Shown piece after piece: positions 17,852 to 31,200 of a DNA stretch of 64,000 nucleotides. Source of the stretch: Paraspadella gotoi (Eukaryota > Animalia > Chaetognatha); NCBI GenBank assembly GCA_051294375.1, contig CM119263.1, forward strand, positions 29,191,997 to 29,255,996, read 5' to 3'. Numbering within the stretch: position 1 is the first letter of the stretch; each line of letters starts with the position of its first letter. A program made the position numbers and the translations under genes. The notes below the pieces were generated by a model that did not search any database, was not told where the DNA came from, and was given only the letters and a program-made list of their open reading frames with translations.

Positions 17852-18896
17852 TATTATATTACACTTCCTGTCAAACTAAAATTTGGAACGGGGGCAATAA
17901 GAATATTTAAAGAAATTAAAATCTTAAGATAATAATCTTAATCATAATCTTAATAAAGAAGACAACACTAACATCCCTCTTCCCATTACATTATAAAAGC
18001 AAATACATTAAATAAAATTAAATTAATTAAGTCTATAAAAATACTTATAGATATGCAGTGAAATATATTAAACTTTTACTTTCATTTTTAAATTCAATCC
18101 AATTTAGTAAAACAAGTAATCTAGCATTTTTTTATAAATACCAAAAACTAGTTTAAAATTATTATAGTAGTTCATGAAAGAATTGTAGGGAAGCGAGGAG
18201 GTCCTTCGGGAGTTGATAAACTAGACTGTGAGAGAGTCTTGATTGAAAACTTGCTTGGTATCGCTGTATGATTTTCTGTTGGTATGGAGGCTTTAATTTT
18301 TCTATTTGTTGTAACAATACTAAATACAAAAATTGGGATGAATTTAATATGAAAAATAAAAACTGAATCCTACCTTGAATCCCTTCGCCCACACGTCCTT
18401 CGACTATGAACCCCGAAGGCGCGCCAGCTGCGCCCCATTCGGGCATCATCGTCGACGGATCTCCGTAACCGCCGCCGCCACCGTCGTCCCCGGCGCCGCT
18501 GCTGCCGCTGCCGCCGCCCAATAGCGAGACTTGATCGTGGTTCCACCTTCCGGCCAATGACGATGGAGGAGCATCGGCGCGGACGACCCAGCGGGCGGCG
18601 TCGGCGGCGCCATCCGACGTGAATCCTCGGCGCTTGACTCGACCACCGTCGACGAGCCATTCCGAAGTCTCTTGCGACGACATGAAGGCGAATTCGCCGG
18701 AAGAGGAGGACGACGACGACGTCGGCGAACCGTTGGGCGAAGGATGCGGAGGGATGCGGAGGAGGGGGTTGACGAAGGAGTTGGCGAAAGAGTTGGGGGG
18801 CGTCGGGAAGTTCCACGACGACGATGATGATGATGATGATGATGATGGGAAACAACGAAGATTCTGAGGAAAGGATGGAGAGAGAGACGATTTCAT
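16569..18896 (-). CDS. bHLH transcription factor, Hand-like with MyoD-like features, 3 exons, ~513 aa
   Basis: Exons 18896-18374, 17678-16793 and 16701-16569, GT-AG, phases 1/2, total 1542 nt. The spliced bHLH reads TKEKRRTRKLNAAFEALR|LRLPSVPSDTKLPKIKILRYAARYIGALAEMM; compare Hand [45 protein letters not shown]. The first exon and start are less certain than the bHLH exons. Confidence 0.85.
17772..17860. repeat. (ATT)n microsatellite in bHLH intron 1
   Basis: Read directly. Confidence 0.9.
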
Positions 18897-19485
18897 GGTG
18901 AAAAGGGAAGAGCGGACGACGAGTTGGAGTGGATCGACGGTGACGGAGTTGTTGAAGGATCTTGAGTTGCTGGAGGGACGATGGTCGATTGAGGGAGTCG
19001 ATAAAGGGAAGTTTGAAGTTAAGACGTCAAATGAAATCGGAAAACAATTAGATTTAAGTCAGTTTCAGATTTGACTTAGACTCGGAAGAACTTCAGTTTG
19101 GTTCGTCGATATCTTTGTCAGCGCGTTCGTGGCAAGGAGGCGTTAAGATTAATGACAAATGACGAAATAAAAAATTAAAGACTCGCGAAAGGAGAGTTGA
19201 TTCATTTGATTTGATTTCTTCATCTTTCACGTTTTGAGTGAAACTGAAAAGTTGGTAAACGTATTCGAGTGACAAAGTTTGTGGAGTTAATATTGGAGTT
19301 TGAATCCGTTGACGTCAATTGTCCAAATTTCAATAGTGAATAAGTCGCGCTATTTGTTGTTTAGCCTCTTGGGCCATGTTATTTATCAATATTTTTTTTT
19401 TACGAATTCGATTAAGTTTGAAATCGTAAACCGGAAACAAAGTCGAATTCGATCGCGCGATTTTATTTTTAAATGAAGACTTTTA

Positions 19486-19521
<36 letters not shown>

Positions 19522-21163
19522 AGCGGCGAAAGAGAGAAGTTCTCCCTTCGATTCGCGCGCCGCCGTTTGGACCAGCGCCATAAATCTAATTTGCATATCG
19601 GAGTTATCGGGAGTGACACTTGGTTTTTCTTGTTTTTTTTTTTTCTGCCGTTCGACGCTGGGGGAAATTGATTCCCTCGTTCTGGCAAAGGATAAGCATC
19701 TCATCAATCGGCGGTTGGAGGGACGACGACGACGATGAAGAAGAAGAAGAAAACGATGACCACGACGATGATAACGAAGATGAGGGGAGGAAGAGGAAGA
19801 GGAAAAAAGTAAGGCAAGAGTAAGTGACGGGAGAAGACGATCGCGAAGAGTAAAAGACGACGACGATGACGACGATGAAGAAAAGAAGACAAGTTTTGAA
19901 AATCGGTATCAATTCAAAGGACGAGAACGACGACAGTGACGACGACGACGACGACAGCGACGACGTCTTAAATGACGCGACGGCGAATCGCCATCCCTCT
20001 GCGCCATCACTCCACGCCATCAAGACTTTACGCCATCGTAAACTAAACGCCACTAAAATCCGTCCCATAGAAAATTTCCGCCAAGAATTTTCCTCCGCTA
20101 ACGAGGAGGGATGGAGGGGGAAGAAGGCGGGGGGAGTGGGGGGGGAGAAGGAAGAACGGGGATGCGAATTATTTGCATCTTTGTTGTTTTTGTTTTGCGA
20201 AGAATTATTTGCATTTTCGTTTGGCTAAGAGTCCGAGACTCGATCAATGAGGAAGGACATCAAGGCAGATGAGGCGATGAAGCCAATTGCCATCTGGAAT
20301 GTCGTCGTCGTTTGTCTATCTATCTCTGTTTGTAATGTATATATATCAACTCAGATTTGTTATTTATCATATAAATAATGTTATTGTGTGAACGGACTGA
20401 ATGTCAAAGAAATGATTAATGATTGAGTGTGAATTGTTTATAACGGTTTTTGAACAAGAACAAGAACAAGAACAAGAACAAACGAAATGATCTTTTTATT
20501 ATTAGTTTGACAGAAATATGAATAAGAATTTCAAAAATAACTTCGTGACGAATGTGAATATTAAATATCATACTGTAGCGATGTCTGAAAGTCTTTTGTT
20601 ATAAAACAATCACTGCTTTTAAACTTTTACTAAATTACTAATACAATTGAAGTCAATCGAAAAAGTCATGTCTAGATTTACATGTTGAAAATTTTACTTG
20701 TCGTCCTAATTCTAGTACATTAATTAATTGATTAATTTTCATTTTTACTTGACGGTACAACCGAAACGACAACGACAACGACATCCAAATCCGTTTCTCT
20801 CACTAATTCCCCACTAATGATTTTCCCACTAATGAATTCCCCACTAATGATTTCCCCTAATCTCAGTCGTTGTTCTTTTTTTTGGTCTCAAAATTCGTTT
20901 CTGCCAAAAACGAAAAACCTGGCGATCGGAAACAGATTTTCGTTTTTTTTCTCTCTCTCTCTCGAGAATCGAATTGATGGATTTGGTTGTAAATCAATGG
21001 AAGATCGAGAGGAGGAAGAGGAGGAGGAGGAGGAAGAGGAGGAGGAATCAACGCCGAATTTGTCGCATGTCCCTCACCCTTTGATTTATGATGATTAATG
21101 AGGTCGTTAAGGTAAGTACTTTCTCAAACTTACATCCTCAATATGAAGAATGCATTGTTGTTC

Positions 21164-21215
<52 letters not shown>

Positions 21216-21755
21216 TCTCTCTCTTTCCTTCCCTACCTATCGCTCTCGATTTTGGGTTAAAGAGTTGAAGGGAGAGAAATTTTTGCAGAGTTGGTTAACA
21301 AAAGAAATATGATCTAATTGGGAGTCAAACCATACATACAACTATCGTCACTTAACCTTATTTGGCTGTCCGTAGTTTTAACCATTGAGTAATGCTTTAG
21401 TGGATCTGCCAATCATTTTTGATTCCCAATCAATGGCTTCATCAATCAATCAAGAGCTCCTCCCGTCACATTCAACTTTTCGTGTTAGAGAGAAGAACAG
21501 GAAGAAAGAAAAGAAAAGGAAAAGAAAGAGAGAAAGAAAGAGAGAAAGAAAAAAAGAAAGAGAGAAAGAGAGAAAGAGAGAGAGAAAGAGAAAAATAGAA
21601 AGAAAGAACAAAAGAAAAAAGAAAGAAAGAAAGAAAGAAAGAACAAAGGAAAAAAGAAAGAAAGAAAGAAAGAATGAAAAAAAAGAAAGAGAGAAAGAAA
21701 GAGAGAGAGAAAGAAAGACTGAAAGAAAAAAAAAATAAAGAAAGAAAAAAAAATA

Positions 21756-21807
<52 letters not shown>

Positions 21808-21957
21808 ATGAAAGAGAAAAAGAAAGAAAGAAAGAAAGAAAGAAAGAAGTTTAAAAGAGAGTAAAAAATGTTTATCAATGCAAACAAAAGACACACAAGA
21901 AAAAAAATCTCAAAACTAAATTTGAATTAATATGACCACACCACTTAAAATCTCATC

Positions 21958-22009
<52 letters not shown>

Positions 22010-22745
22010 ACATGATTCATGTCCCCCATCTTGGTCGCTCCCGTTGCTCCTTTGGACCGGTTGGGTGGCCCCGGGACCTGATCCGGAGAGACGGAGACTC
22101 GGCGACGACAACGACGACGACTACGACGACGACTACGACGACGACTACGACGACCCGGCCACCGAAGAGGCTGATCCGTCAACGACATCGACCACCTCGC
22201 CGAATTCGAGCTTCTCTTGAAGGATGTGGGCGGAGCGATGGAGAGAGGGAGACAATGGAGGAGGAGGGGAAGGAGGAGGAAGAGGATGAGGAGGATGAGG
22301 AGGAAGAGGAGAAGGTTAAGGGCGGAAAAGGAGCACATGTATATTGTACTACAATAATTGTCGAGAGTTTAAAAACAAAACAGAAACAAAGAAACAAAAA
22401 AACAAGCGACTAAAGTTAAACTTGAGACGCCATGGGCGATTAAATCCAGTTGGCATAAATCACTGGCAAATCAGACATCATCTTTGAAAAATGCCACCCG
22501 CTCGCCAACACAATGGGATTCACGTTAGAACACCCTGTAAATCAATGGAGGAAGAGAGATTTCAGGAAAAAACAAATTAAATTATATTTTTGTAAAAAAA
22601 ATGTTTAATTTTAATAACTATTTTCAGTTAAATGTAATTAATCAAAAATTGATATGAATTTTTAAATTTTGGGGGGGATTTAAAGTAAAAACTATCATTA
22701 AGTATAAATTTCAGTATATTCGCAGAGAATGGATTATCAAGTAGC

Positions 22746-22848
22746 TACTCATACTCAATACTCAATACTCAATACTCAATACTCAATACTCAATACTCAA
22801 TACTCAAGACTCAAGACTCAAGACTCAATACTCGATATTCAATACTCA
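22746..22848. repeat. 7-bp tandem repeat (ACTCAAT/ACTCAAG)n
   Basis: Read directly. Confidence 0.88.
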
Positions 22849-22943
22849 TCCTATAAAACTGAATCAAACAATATCGTCCGCTTTTTTAAAGAAGGAAATG
22901 TGGCAGCAAGACTTTTAAGCTGCCTCACTGCTGTCCGTCCTCA

Positions 22944-23166
22944 GCCTCGTCTCAATGGCTGAGCAGGCTAAATCATCTCATTCCATCCGTGCGTCCCGGG
23001 TTCAATCCCTGGGTATCCCGTTCTGGCTTAAATGTGACGGTGCCGGAAAAACTGCCAGTGACAGGAGGCGGTCACTGAGGGTCCGCAGCCCCCTACGCCA
23101 GTTGGTGAGATCCCGCGCCCCGGGTATCACAGGCTATCCTCCCCGTTGCCATAGAAACTCTACCTG
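22944..23166 (+). mobile_element. tRNA-derived SINE
   Basis: A box TGGCTGAGCAGG (22956-22967) and B box GGTTCAATCCC (22999-23009). The head CCATCCGTGCGTCCCGGGTTCAATCCCTG resembles the SINE head at 30790-30725, but the GC-rich body differs. Confidence 0.7.
23145..23158. promoter_or_regulatory. X-box-like motif GTTGCCATAGAAAC in the SINE tail
   Basis: Fits GTHNYY-AT-RRNAAC and lies ~2 kb upstream of the LRRIQ3 ATG. Confidence 0.35.
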
Positions 23167-23605
23167 AAAATTTTTTAGTTAACATTTAGATATTTAAAAA
23201 CAGTTTTTGAAAACTTATTACAAAAACTTTACCCAAAGTAAGTAAAAGAAAAGAAATTAAAATATATAATTATGTTATATATATAATTATAAATTATACA
23301 TATATATATATTTAGAGAATAATTGTAAAATATTAATGAAGTTAATGGGAAAAGATTTTGTCGAAAGAGTTTCTTCCTCACAACTAAATTCCATCAAATT
23401 TCTCTCCGTGCAGGTAATCTCTACTCCCCCCCAATCGAAAAAGGAATAAATTTCTTTTCTCGATTTCGATGGAAAAATCAAAACTGAATTCGACGCCGAT
23501 AAATTTTGGGGGAGAAAAGACAAGAAGGAATAAATCGTGGAAAGGGGGTCATAAATTAAGCTTACAAAGCATGACGGGCGACTCTGACGGGAGATGTCAC
23601 ATTCT

Positions 23606-23698
<93 letters not shown>

Positions 23699-23824
23699 GT
23701 CGTGACGTTGGGACGGTTCAGTTTCGGCCTTCGGGCGAACGTCATCAATCATAATCTTTTACTGGGAGAATTTTTTTGGAAGCATTAATGAGGATCGAAT
23801 TTAAGGAGAGAGAGAGAGGAGAGA

Positions 23825-23892
<68 letters not shown>

Positions 23893-24167
23893 GTATCTGT
23901 TAAGATTTACTAGATTCATTTTTTCTCGATGGCTGATGCCACCAAATCTTTGTCTTTTCCTTTCTTCTTTTTCTTTTTTTCTTGTCGGTGCGGGTCCGGG
24001 TTGCCAATTAAGTTTTTCCTCATTGTTTTTATTTCTCTTTGAGGATTAAGTTATTATTTCACTCCTCCTTTTTTTATTAATAATTTAGATAGATGTTTTT
24101 TTTTCGTATTTTAATTTTCGTTTTAAAACTAGATATGGGACGAGCTTAGATAGGAAAAGATGTTGCT

Positions 24168-24250
24168 TGATAAGATAAGATAAGATAAGATAAGATAAGA
24201 TAAGATAAGATAAGATAAGATAAGATAAGATAAGATAAATTAAGATAAGA
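24168..24250. repeat. (GATAA)n microsatellite
   Basis: Read directly. Confidence 0.9.
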
Positions 24251-25211
24251 CATTTAGGATTAGATAAGATAATATTTTAATTGTACCATTGTCTCATGTG
24301 TTCATTTGTTTAGATGTTCGCTTGTCTCCTTTTCTTTCTTCTCGGCTCGTCTTAAGAAACGCCCCGCTGCAGCTGACAAAAGATCCTTCATACGAAGAGA
24401 TGATATAAAACACGAAATCATGAAAACCTTGACAACAGAGCCAAGCTCAATTAGCTAACGCGCGCTGAGAGAGAGAAAAACTTGCACCTTGGTACAAACC
24501 GATTTCTCTAGGTATTTGATCATAGTCATCATCATTAAAACTCATATTTTAACCAAATATTTTTTTCACAAAAACTCAGAAGTTCAAAGAGGAGGTTTCC
24601 TCTTCATCGTCTTCTCACTCGACCTCTTCATCGTCTTCTTCTCCCAAATTCCTACCCTGTTTATCTTTTTCTTCTTCTGCTTCCCCTGATTCTTTTTTTT
24701 TCACTTTTCATTTCTCCTTTTCTTCATCTTTCCTCTTTCATTTCTCATTTTCCTTTTTCTACTTTTTCCTTTTCTTTCTACTTTTCTCTTTCGTTCTCTT
24801 CCTCCCTCCACCTACTTCTCCCATCTTCCTCTACCTCCCCCACCCCTTCCCCTCACCCGCTCCAAAATGTCTTCCATCGCCGGCGCCCCCTTGTTGTCGT
24901 CGACGGAAGCGTTTGTATGGACGCGTTTGGACGCGTTCGTCGCGGCCCGCGTCCTAAATGTCCGAATCGCCGTCGCTACGTCGTCGCCGTCGCCGGTCGC
25001 GTCTCGATCTCTCGGTCGTCCGCCATGAGTCGCGCGGTCGCTCCCAGCCTCGACGCCGCGCCGCAGCGCAGCCACGCCACGCAGACTGGAAACCGCAGCT
25101 AGCAAGCCGGTGCTTAGGGCCCGCGGCTATGCACGATGCCGACTTCTCAGTGCCCAGAGGCCCGCTCCGGCGCTGGCACGACCGCCGACGCTCGCGCCGA
25201 GATCAACAGGG

Positions 25212-28200
25212 ATGGCGTCGCGAAGGTAGAGGGCGTTGGATTTAGTCTCTCTCGGGCACTCTTTTCCGAGAGTGCCCCACTTTTATGTTCGTTATTTTCT
25301 GAATTTATTTTTGAATTCCAAACTAAACCTTAACCTAAATCCCTAACTCAAGCCTATAACCTAAACTTAAAAAAATTAACCTAATTCCAAAAAGGACCAA
25401 ATTGCAGATAAAAAGGGTCGTTTTAGGAAAATAAGGCTCGATAAAGCCGACCCGATCCCCTAGTTTTCTCTCTTCCTCAGATCGAAAGGCAAAGACGCCG
25501 TAGATCGAGCGGGTCGTCAAGAAGAGAGGAGGAGGAGGAGGAGGAGGGGGAGGGAGGAAGAGGAAGAGGAGACGAGGAGGAGGAAGATGGAGAATTTGGA
25601 GGCGGCGGCGAAGAAGCTGTTGGCCGCGGATCAAGGTGAGGTGGGAAGGGGAAGGAGATATGACAAAACAAAAAGGTAAGAAAAAAACAAAACAGAACTA
25701 AATAAAAATCAATACAAAACTGAACCAAACAAAAATTAATAAGACAAAAATTAAATAAACAAAACAAATATAAAACATTACAAACAAAAAAAAACGAGAA
25801 GAAATACAAAAAAAACAACAAAACAAACTAAAAAAACAATCAAACAAACAAAAAAACCCCAAAACTAAAACAAAATAAATTAAACAAAAAAAAGAAAAGA
25901 AAAACAACAAACAAAACAAACAAAACAAACAAACAAAACAAAACAAACCAAACAAAAAACCCAAAAGCTAAAACAAAACAGAAAACTAGAAACAAAAGCC
26001 TCTCTCGACTCCCCCCCCCACCCAACCACCCTTCAAGAGTCTGCCGAGGCGAAGCTTCTCTCTCGAGCATCCAAAGTCGTCGAACACAAACCGGACGAAG
26101 TGATGCTGGTCAAACTCATTCACGTTCACCTGCAGACCATCGATCCCGTCGTCCAGTTCCTTAACTTGAAGGTTGTGCTCATTTGTGAGACCGATCCCAG
26201 TTTACAGAACTGACAGTAAAGTGACAGAGTTGGCAGCACTGACAGTGACTGGTTCCTTTGTCCGACATTTCTTTGTCCTTTCATTAAAGACAATTGATTT
26301 TCTTAAATCGTATTTCTTTCTTTTCTTCGTTCGTTGTAGTCATTTATTTTTTTTTAATGCATTTTTATTTTTCTGTTTCAATTTTAAACCCGTATAATTC
26401 TAATTGTGTCCCCAAATGTCTTTGTGAAAATCTTTTGAACTAAAATCATTCAATCAACTTTTCCCCGATTGGTCACAGGAATTAAAGACTGAAAATTAAC
26501 CTCAATTAACCTTAATTAATTTCAGTGAACATCAACCTTCGAAAAGAAAAGACTATTACATAATCCGAAAAAAATATATATAACTAACTGATTTTAAACG
26601 CGACCTCTCACTTCTCTGACTCCTTACTCCTTACTTCTCACTTCTCACTTTTCACTTTTCACTTCTCTCTCTTCAGGTCTGCGTCTTGTCCAACAACTAC
26701 CTGACCAACATCGACCCTCTCATCCTCAACTGTCCCCATCTCATCAAACTCGACGCCCACAGTAACCAGATCAAGTCTCTGCCCGACGCTCTCTTCTTTG
26801 CCCGACTCGTCCATCTCATCATGGTCAATCTCCATGACAACAGTTTCGCCAACTTTGAGATTTTGGTCAAACTCGGCTGCGCGCCCAATCTGCAGGTGGA
26901 GAAATGTTTGGGGACTTAGATGTTTAATGTACAAAATATATAAAATTCGTACAACATGATTTATATCAAGAGTCTCACAGTCTTGTTTATTAACTCTCTC
27001 TATGCAACAAGATTTTTTTTTTTCAATTTTGGAAAGAGTGCATCTTAAAATAAATCTCGATTTTTTTTTCATCAGCAAAAGCTTAAGTATGAGAACTTCA
27101 ATTAGTGTGACACTATTTCTAAGTTAGCCTCGACATGGGCTAATCTGTTTAATGGTTATATTGTTAAAGTTGATTGTAGTGTCGTTCCAAAATATTTTTG
27201 TCCTTATTTATCTGATTTATAGCTATTGAAATCTGGGAAAATGAAATCTGAAAACCTGCTTATTTTTTATTTCAATTTATCCCTTATATTTGCCGGCAAT
27301 CAAGGATTTATGACAATGTACATTGTACAATTTTGTACATATTTCTGGCAATATAATAATATAACTAGTAATTTAGCAACTTTCATCACAATTTCTTGCA
27401 CTCTCCCTCTCTCTCTCTTAGATCCTAACGATGTACGACACTCCCCTCTCGCTGAAGCACTACTACCGCCACCACGCGGTCAACACAATCACGACGCTTC
27501 GTGCCTTCGATCGCCATCTGGTGAGCGACGAAGAAATCATCGAAGACGCCTCCTTTGGGCGGAAGTCGAGATTCAGGACGATGGGCAAAGGTGATTAAGG
27601 GGTGGGTGAGGAAGGTAACGAAGATGGAAGAGGTGATTAAATGCCATCACCTCCTTAATCACCTCTCATCTCATCACGCGGTGATGGGTTAGAAAATTAA
27701 GAGGTGGGGGAGGAATGGCGAAATGTGGAGAAATTGAAATGAATAAGCACTAAGCAGAGGTGATTATAGGATGTTAAGCTAGGAAGGGAAAGGGAAGATA
27801 ATTAATTAATCACAGTAATGTTTAATGTTTAATATTCATTCACTAATCACATCGTGTCCTCACAGGTTTGCGCGTGAACCTCTGTCCTCTCTTCGAACTA
27901 TCGAATCCTTCACTCATTCACGAACTCTCAGTCGTGACGGAACTCTTAACCAAAATCGATTCACTCACCAAACACTTCAGTCCCGTCGTGATCGTGCAGC
28001 GCTGGGTCAGAGGTCACAATGCAAGGAAGAGGGTCACTGCATTGCTGGAGTTAAGGTCAGTCCTTAGAGAGATAAAAGGCGGGTCGCTGTATTAATGACA
28101 GCAGGCGAGTCACTGTATTGCTGAAGACTGGTAACGGGTAACTGCATTGCTGAACTTGAGGTCAAGGGTTGTATAGATGATAGACGCGTCACTGTTTTGC

Positions 28201-31200
28201 TGGAACTCAGGTCACAAAACCAGGAAAAAGAGGGCCCAGCGGAGCTTGATTTAACTTCTGATAGAGGTCACAATGCTAGAGCTCATGTCAGTAGTTGCAG
28301 CAGATGGATGCAGGTCTTTGCATTGGTGGCGTATACTCTTTAAACCCTCATCTTCGCTCCCAGCTTCCTTCATTCTCCAACCAATCAGCAAATAAATCAT
28401 TTTTTTCATCCAATCAATCAACATATTAATCAAGACTCTGGGCGTCGATGACGATCCAACGTTGGTACCGCGCCCTCAAGGGATGGAAACTTTTTATCGG
28501 TGCCGACTCTCAGTCTTTCGACGCCGCGCCGACGACGACGCCGGAACTCGGCGCCGGATACACGGGACTCAAGGTCAAGATGGCGGCGTTCGGTAAGTTG
28601 ATAGTTTTGTCTTTACCAAAGGAAAAATTGGGGCAAATTGATGATATTTGTCCGTCGTTTTCTAATTCATTACGACCATTGGTCATTTATGTTTGGATGG
28701 GTGAATCTAGAGTTCGAAACCTTCTATACTAAATTTATTAAGCCATACCTTTATCTAATACGACAATATGCAAATGAGATCGTTCTCGTTTTTCAGGCTG
28801 TTTCGTCGACATGAAAAACCTTGTGACCCGAACTCAATTCGCATACAAAAGAGATGAACAGTGGCAGAGACACATCGCCAAGATGTATCAGGTAAGCAGC
28901 GAGCTTTGCAAGCAACGACTCTCCTATTGATACTTTTATATTTCACAACTCAAAACTCAAACACTTTTTTTCTCCCGGATTTTCTCGTTGTTGTGATTTG
29001 GTAAAACGAAAAAAAGTAGTTTCGCGATGTTCATTTGTTGCTCCTTCGGTTTAGAGAAGATTTTGTCAAAATTGTCAAAAAAGAAATCGTCAAAGTTTGA
29101 ATGCTTTTCTTTGTTTATTCCACGACGAGTGGATTAGTAAACCATGTTACAATTACTTTTCACGCATTTTACTGTCATCAAAATGACAATGGATCATCTA
29201 TAGTCCCTCCTTCAGACAAAACTTAACACGGGAAGATGGCACAAATAAATTAAACTTTTTTCGCCTTCCGCTGTTAAAATTGTTTATTTACATGTTTTAA
29301 ATTGTTTACATCTATCTCTCGGGCGTGATTGTAAACTCCCCAACTTTCTTCATGAACGTCCCTTATTTTTTGTTGATTAAATGCTAATTTAATATCATGT
29401 TTAATTTTAGTGTTTCGGGATTCGTTATTTCGAGACATGAATCGGCTTTTTCGTATCTTCGTTATACCCGATTTTTTAACTCGTTATCCCCGATCTCCCA
29501 GGATCCGACGATGCCTTTCTTCCTTCCGCCCAAAACCGTGGAAGAGACGAAGTCGAGGCTCAACTTGGACCGAGGAGAGGAGGAGGAGGAAGAGGAAGAA
29601 GAGGAGGAGAAGAAGGCGAGGAGGAGGTGGATTCGAGCGGGGAAGGAGATCGCGAGGAGACGAGCCTTCGTTGGGGTCGAGTTGGAGAGATTTAGGGTGA
29701 GGAGGAGGAGAGGGAGGAAGAGGGGGAGGAGAAGAGGTGAGAGGGTGGGGAGAGGGTGGGGAAAGTGAGGGATAGGGAGAAGAGGAAGAGGTGAGAAAGA
29801 AGGGAGGAAGTGTGGAAGAGAGAGAGGGAGAGGGGGAAGGAGAGGAGGAAGAGGTGAGAGGGAAGGGAGAGGGTTGGGAAATGGGAGGAAGTGAGGAAGA
29901 GGGAGAGAGAGAGGAGGTGAGAGGGAAGGGAGGCGATGGGGAAAAGGAGGAATAAGGGTAAGAGGAAGGAGAAAGAAGGATGAGAAGAGGGGAGGTGAAT
30001 GACGGGGAAGAAAAATAGACATGAATCGATATCTATCACAATCCTCCATTACCCTTCACCAACCATTCCCCACACAACTCGCCAACAATTCCCACCCTCC
30101 TCACACAAAATTTACCCACACAGCGTTTAGCGGCAGCCACGCCCTTCCGTCTCGGCGTGCGCCCTCCTCTAGACTCTGAGGCGTCGTTCTGCGTGCGAGG
30201 GACGCTCCCGCCGCCGAAACCGGAAGTGGCGGCGGTGGCGCAGATTCGCGCCATCAGAGACGCTGGCGTCGACGTCAGAAACGCCAAACGTCGAATTCGT
30301 GATCTCAAGTTGAAGAGACTCAAAGTTTTGCCGCCAATCGACAAAAAAGGTGAGTATAAAGAGAAACGGGAGAGCGTGAGATTTGGTCAAAAGTGAGAAA
30401 TGGTTCACAAACTTCATTAAAACATGAAAATTTGTTATTTTTTAAGAATTTTTAAGAATTTTAACACAATCAAATGATTTATTGATACACTTATAAAGGA
30501 AGAAATAAATTCTATGTACAAGGTTCGTAACTCATAAATATTGTATTATCTTTAGTAAAGATAATACTGAAGAGGCTGGTTTTACAGGGCGCCACACCCG
30601 CAGCGGTGTCACCTCGTGGCGACAGCGAGAAAGCATGTTCATGTAGTCCAGAGCTTTGGATCTGGCAGTAGGCCCATGCCTACAGGCGGGTTACCCGGTC
30701 CATCCCACTTTCTACATGACAACCTCAGGGCTCGAACCAGGGACGCACATTGGGATGGTGCATTAGTCCACTGAGCCACTGAGGCGCTGTGAAAGAAACA
30801 GCTTTAATCCATCTGTGGTGATAGGACCACCAGAATACAATATTTATGAGTTACGAACCTTGTACATAGAGACTTTACATAGAGACTTTACAAATAAACA
30901 CATATATCTCCTGAACCGTTTAAAGGATAACAATAAAATTTATATCAGATATAAACCAAACGTAGAGTAGTCTTATTCTCGACGTACACTGCATTTCGAG
31001 CTTTTACGGCCTCTCCAGGAGGTGGGAAAATTGCACACATCTTTGTAAAAATGTCTTTACAAAGTTTGTATGTATGTATTTGTATGTCAGTAAAATATTT
31101 TCTACCTTTGACCATATTATCACGCCCTTTAAACTTCCCCCCTTCCCCCTTTCTCTCCCCTTCCCCTTTCTTCCCCTTCCCCCTTTCTCCCCCTTCCCCC

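Noticed and set aside
18162-18373. 3' part of the 244-aa ORF
   Set aside because: Read-through past the donor at 18373 into AT-rich intron sequence containing a repeat fragment.
22950-23015. tRNA gene (also 30725-30790, ~55840 and ~56645)
   Set aside because: A/B boxes are present but there is no cloverleaf or acceptor stem; these are SINE heads or remnants.
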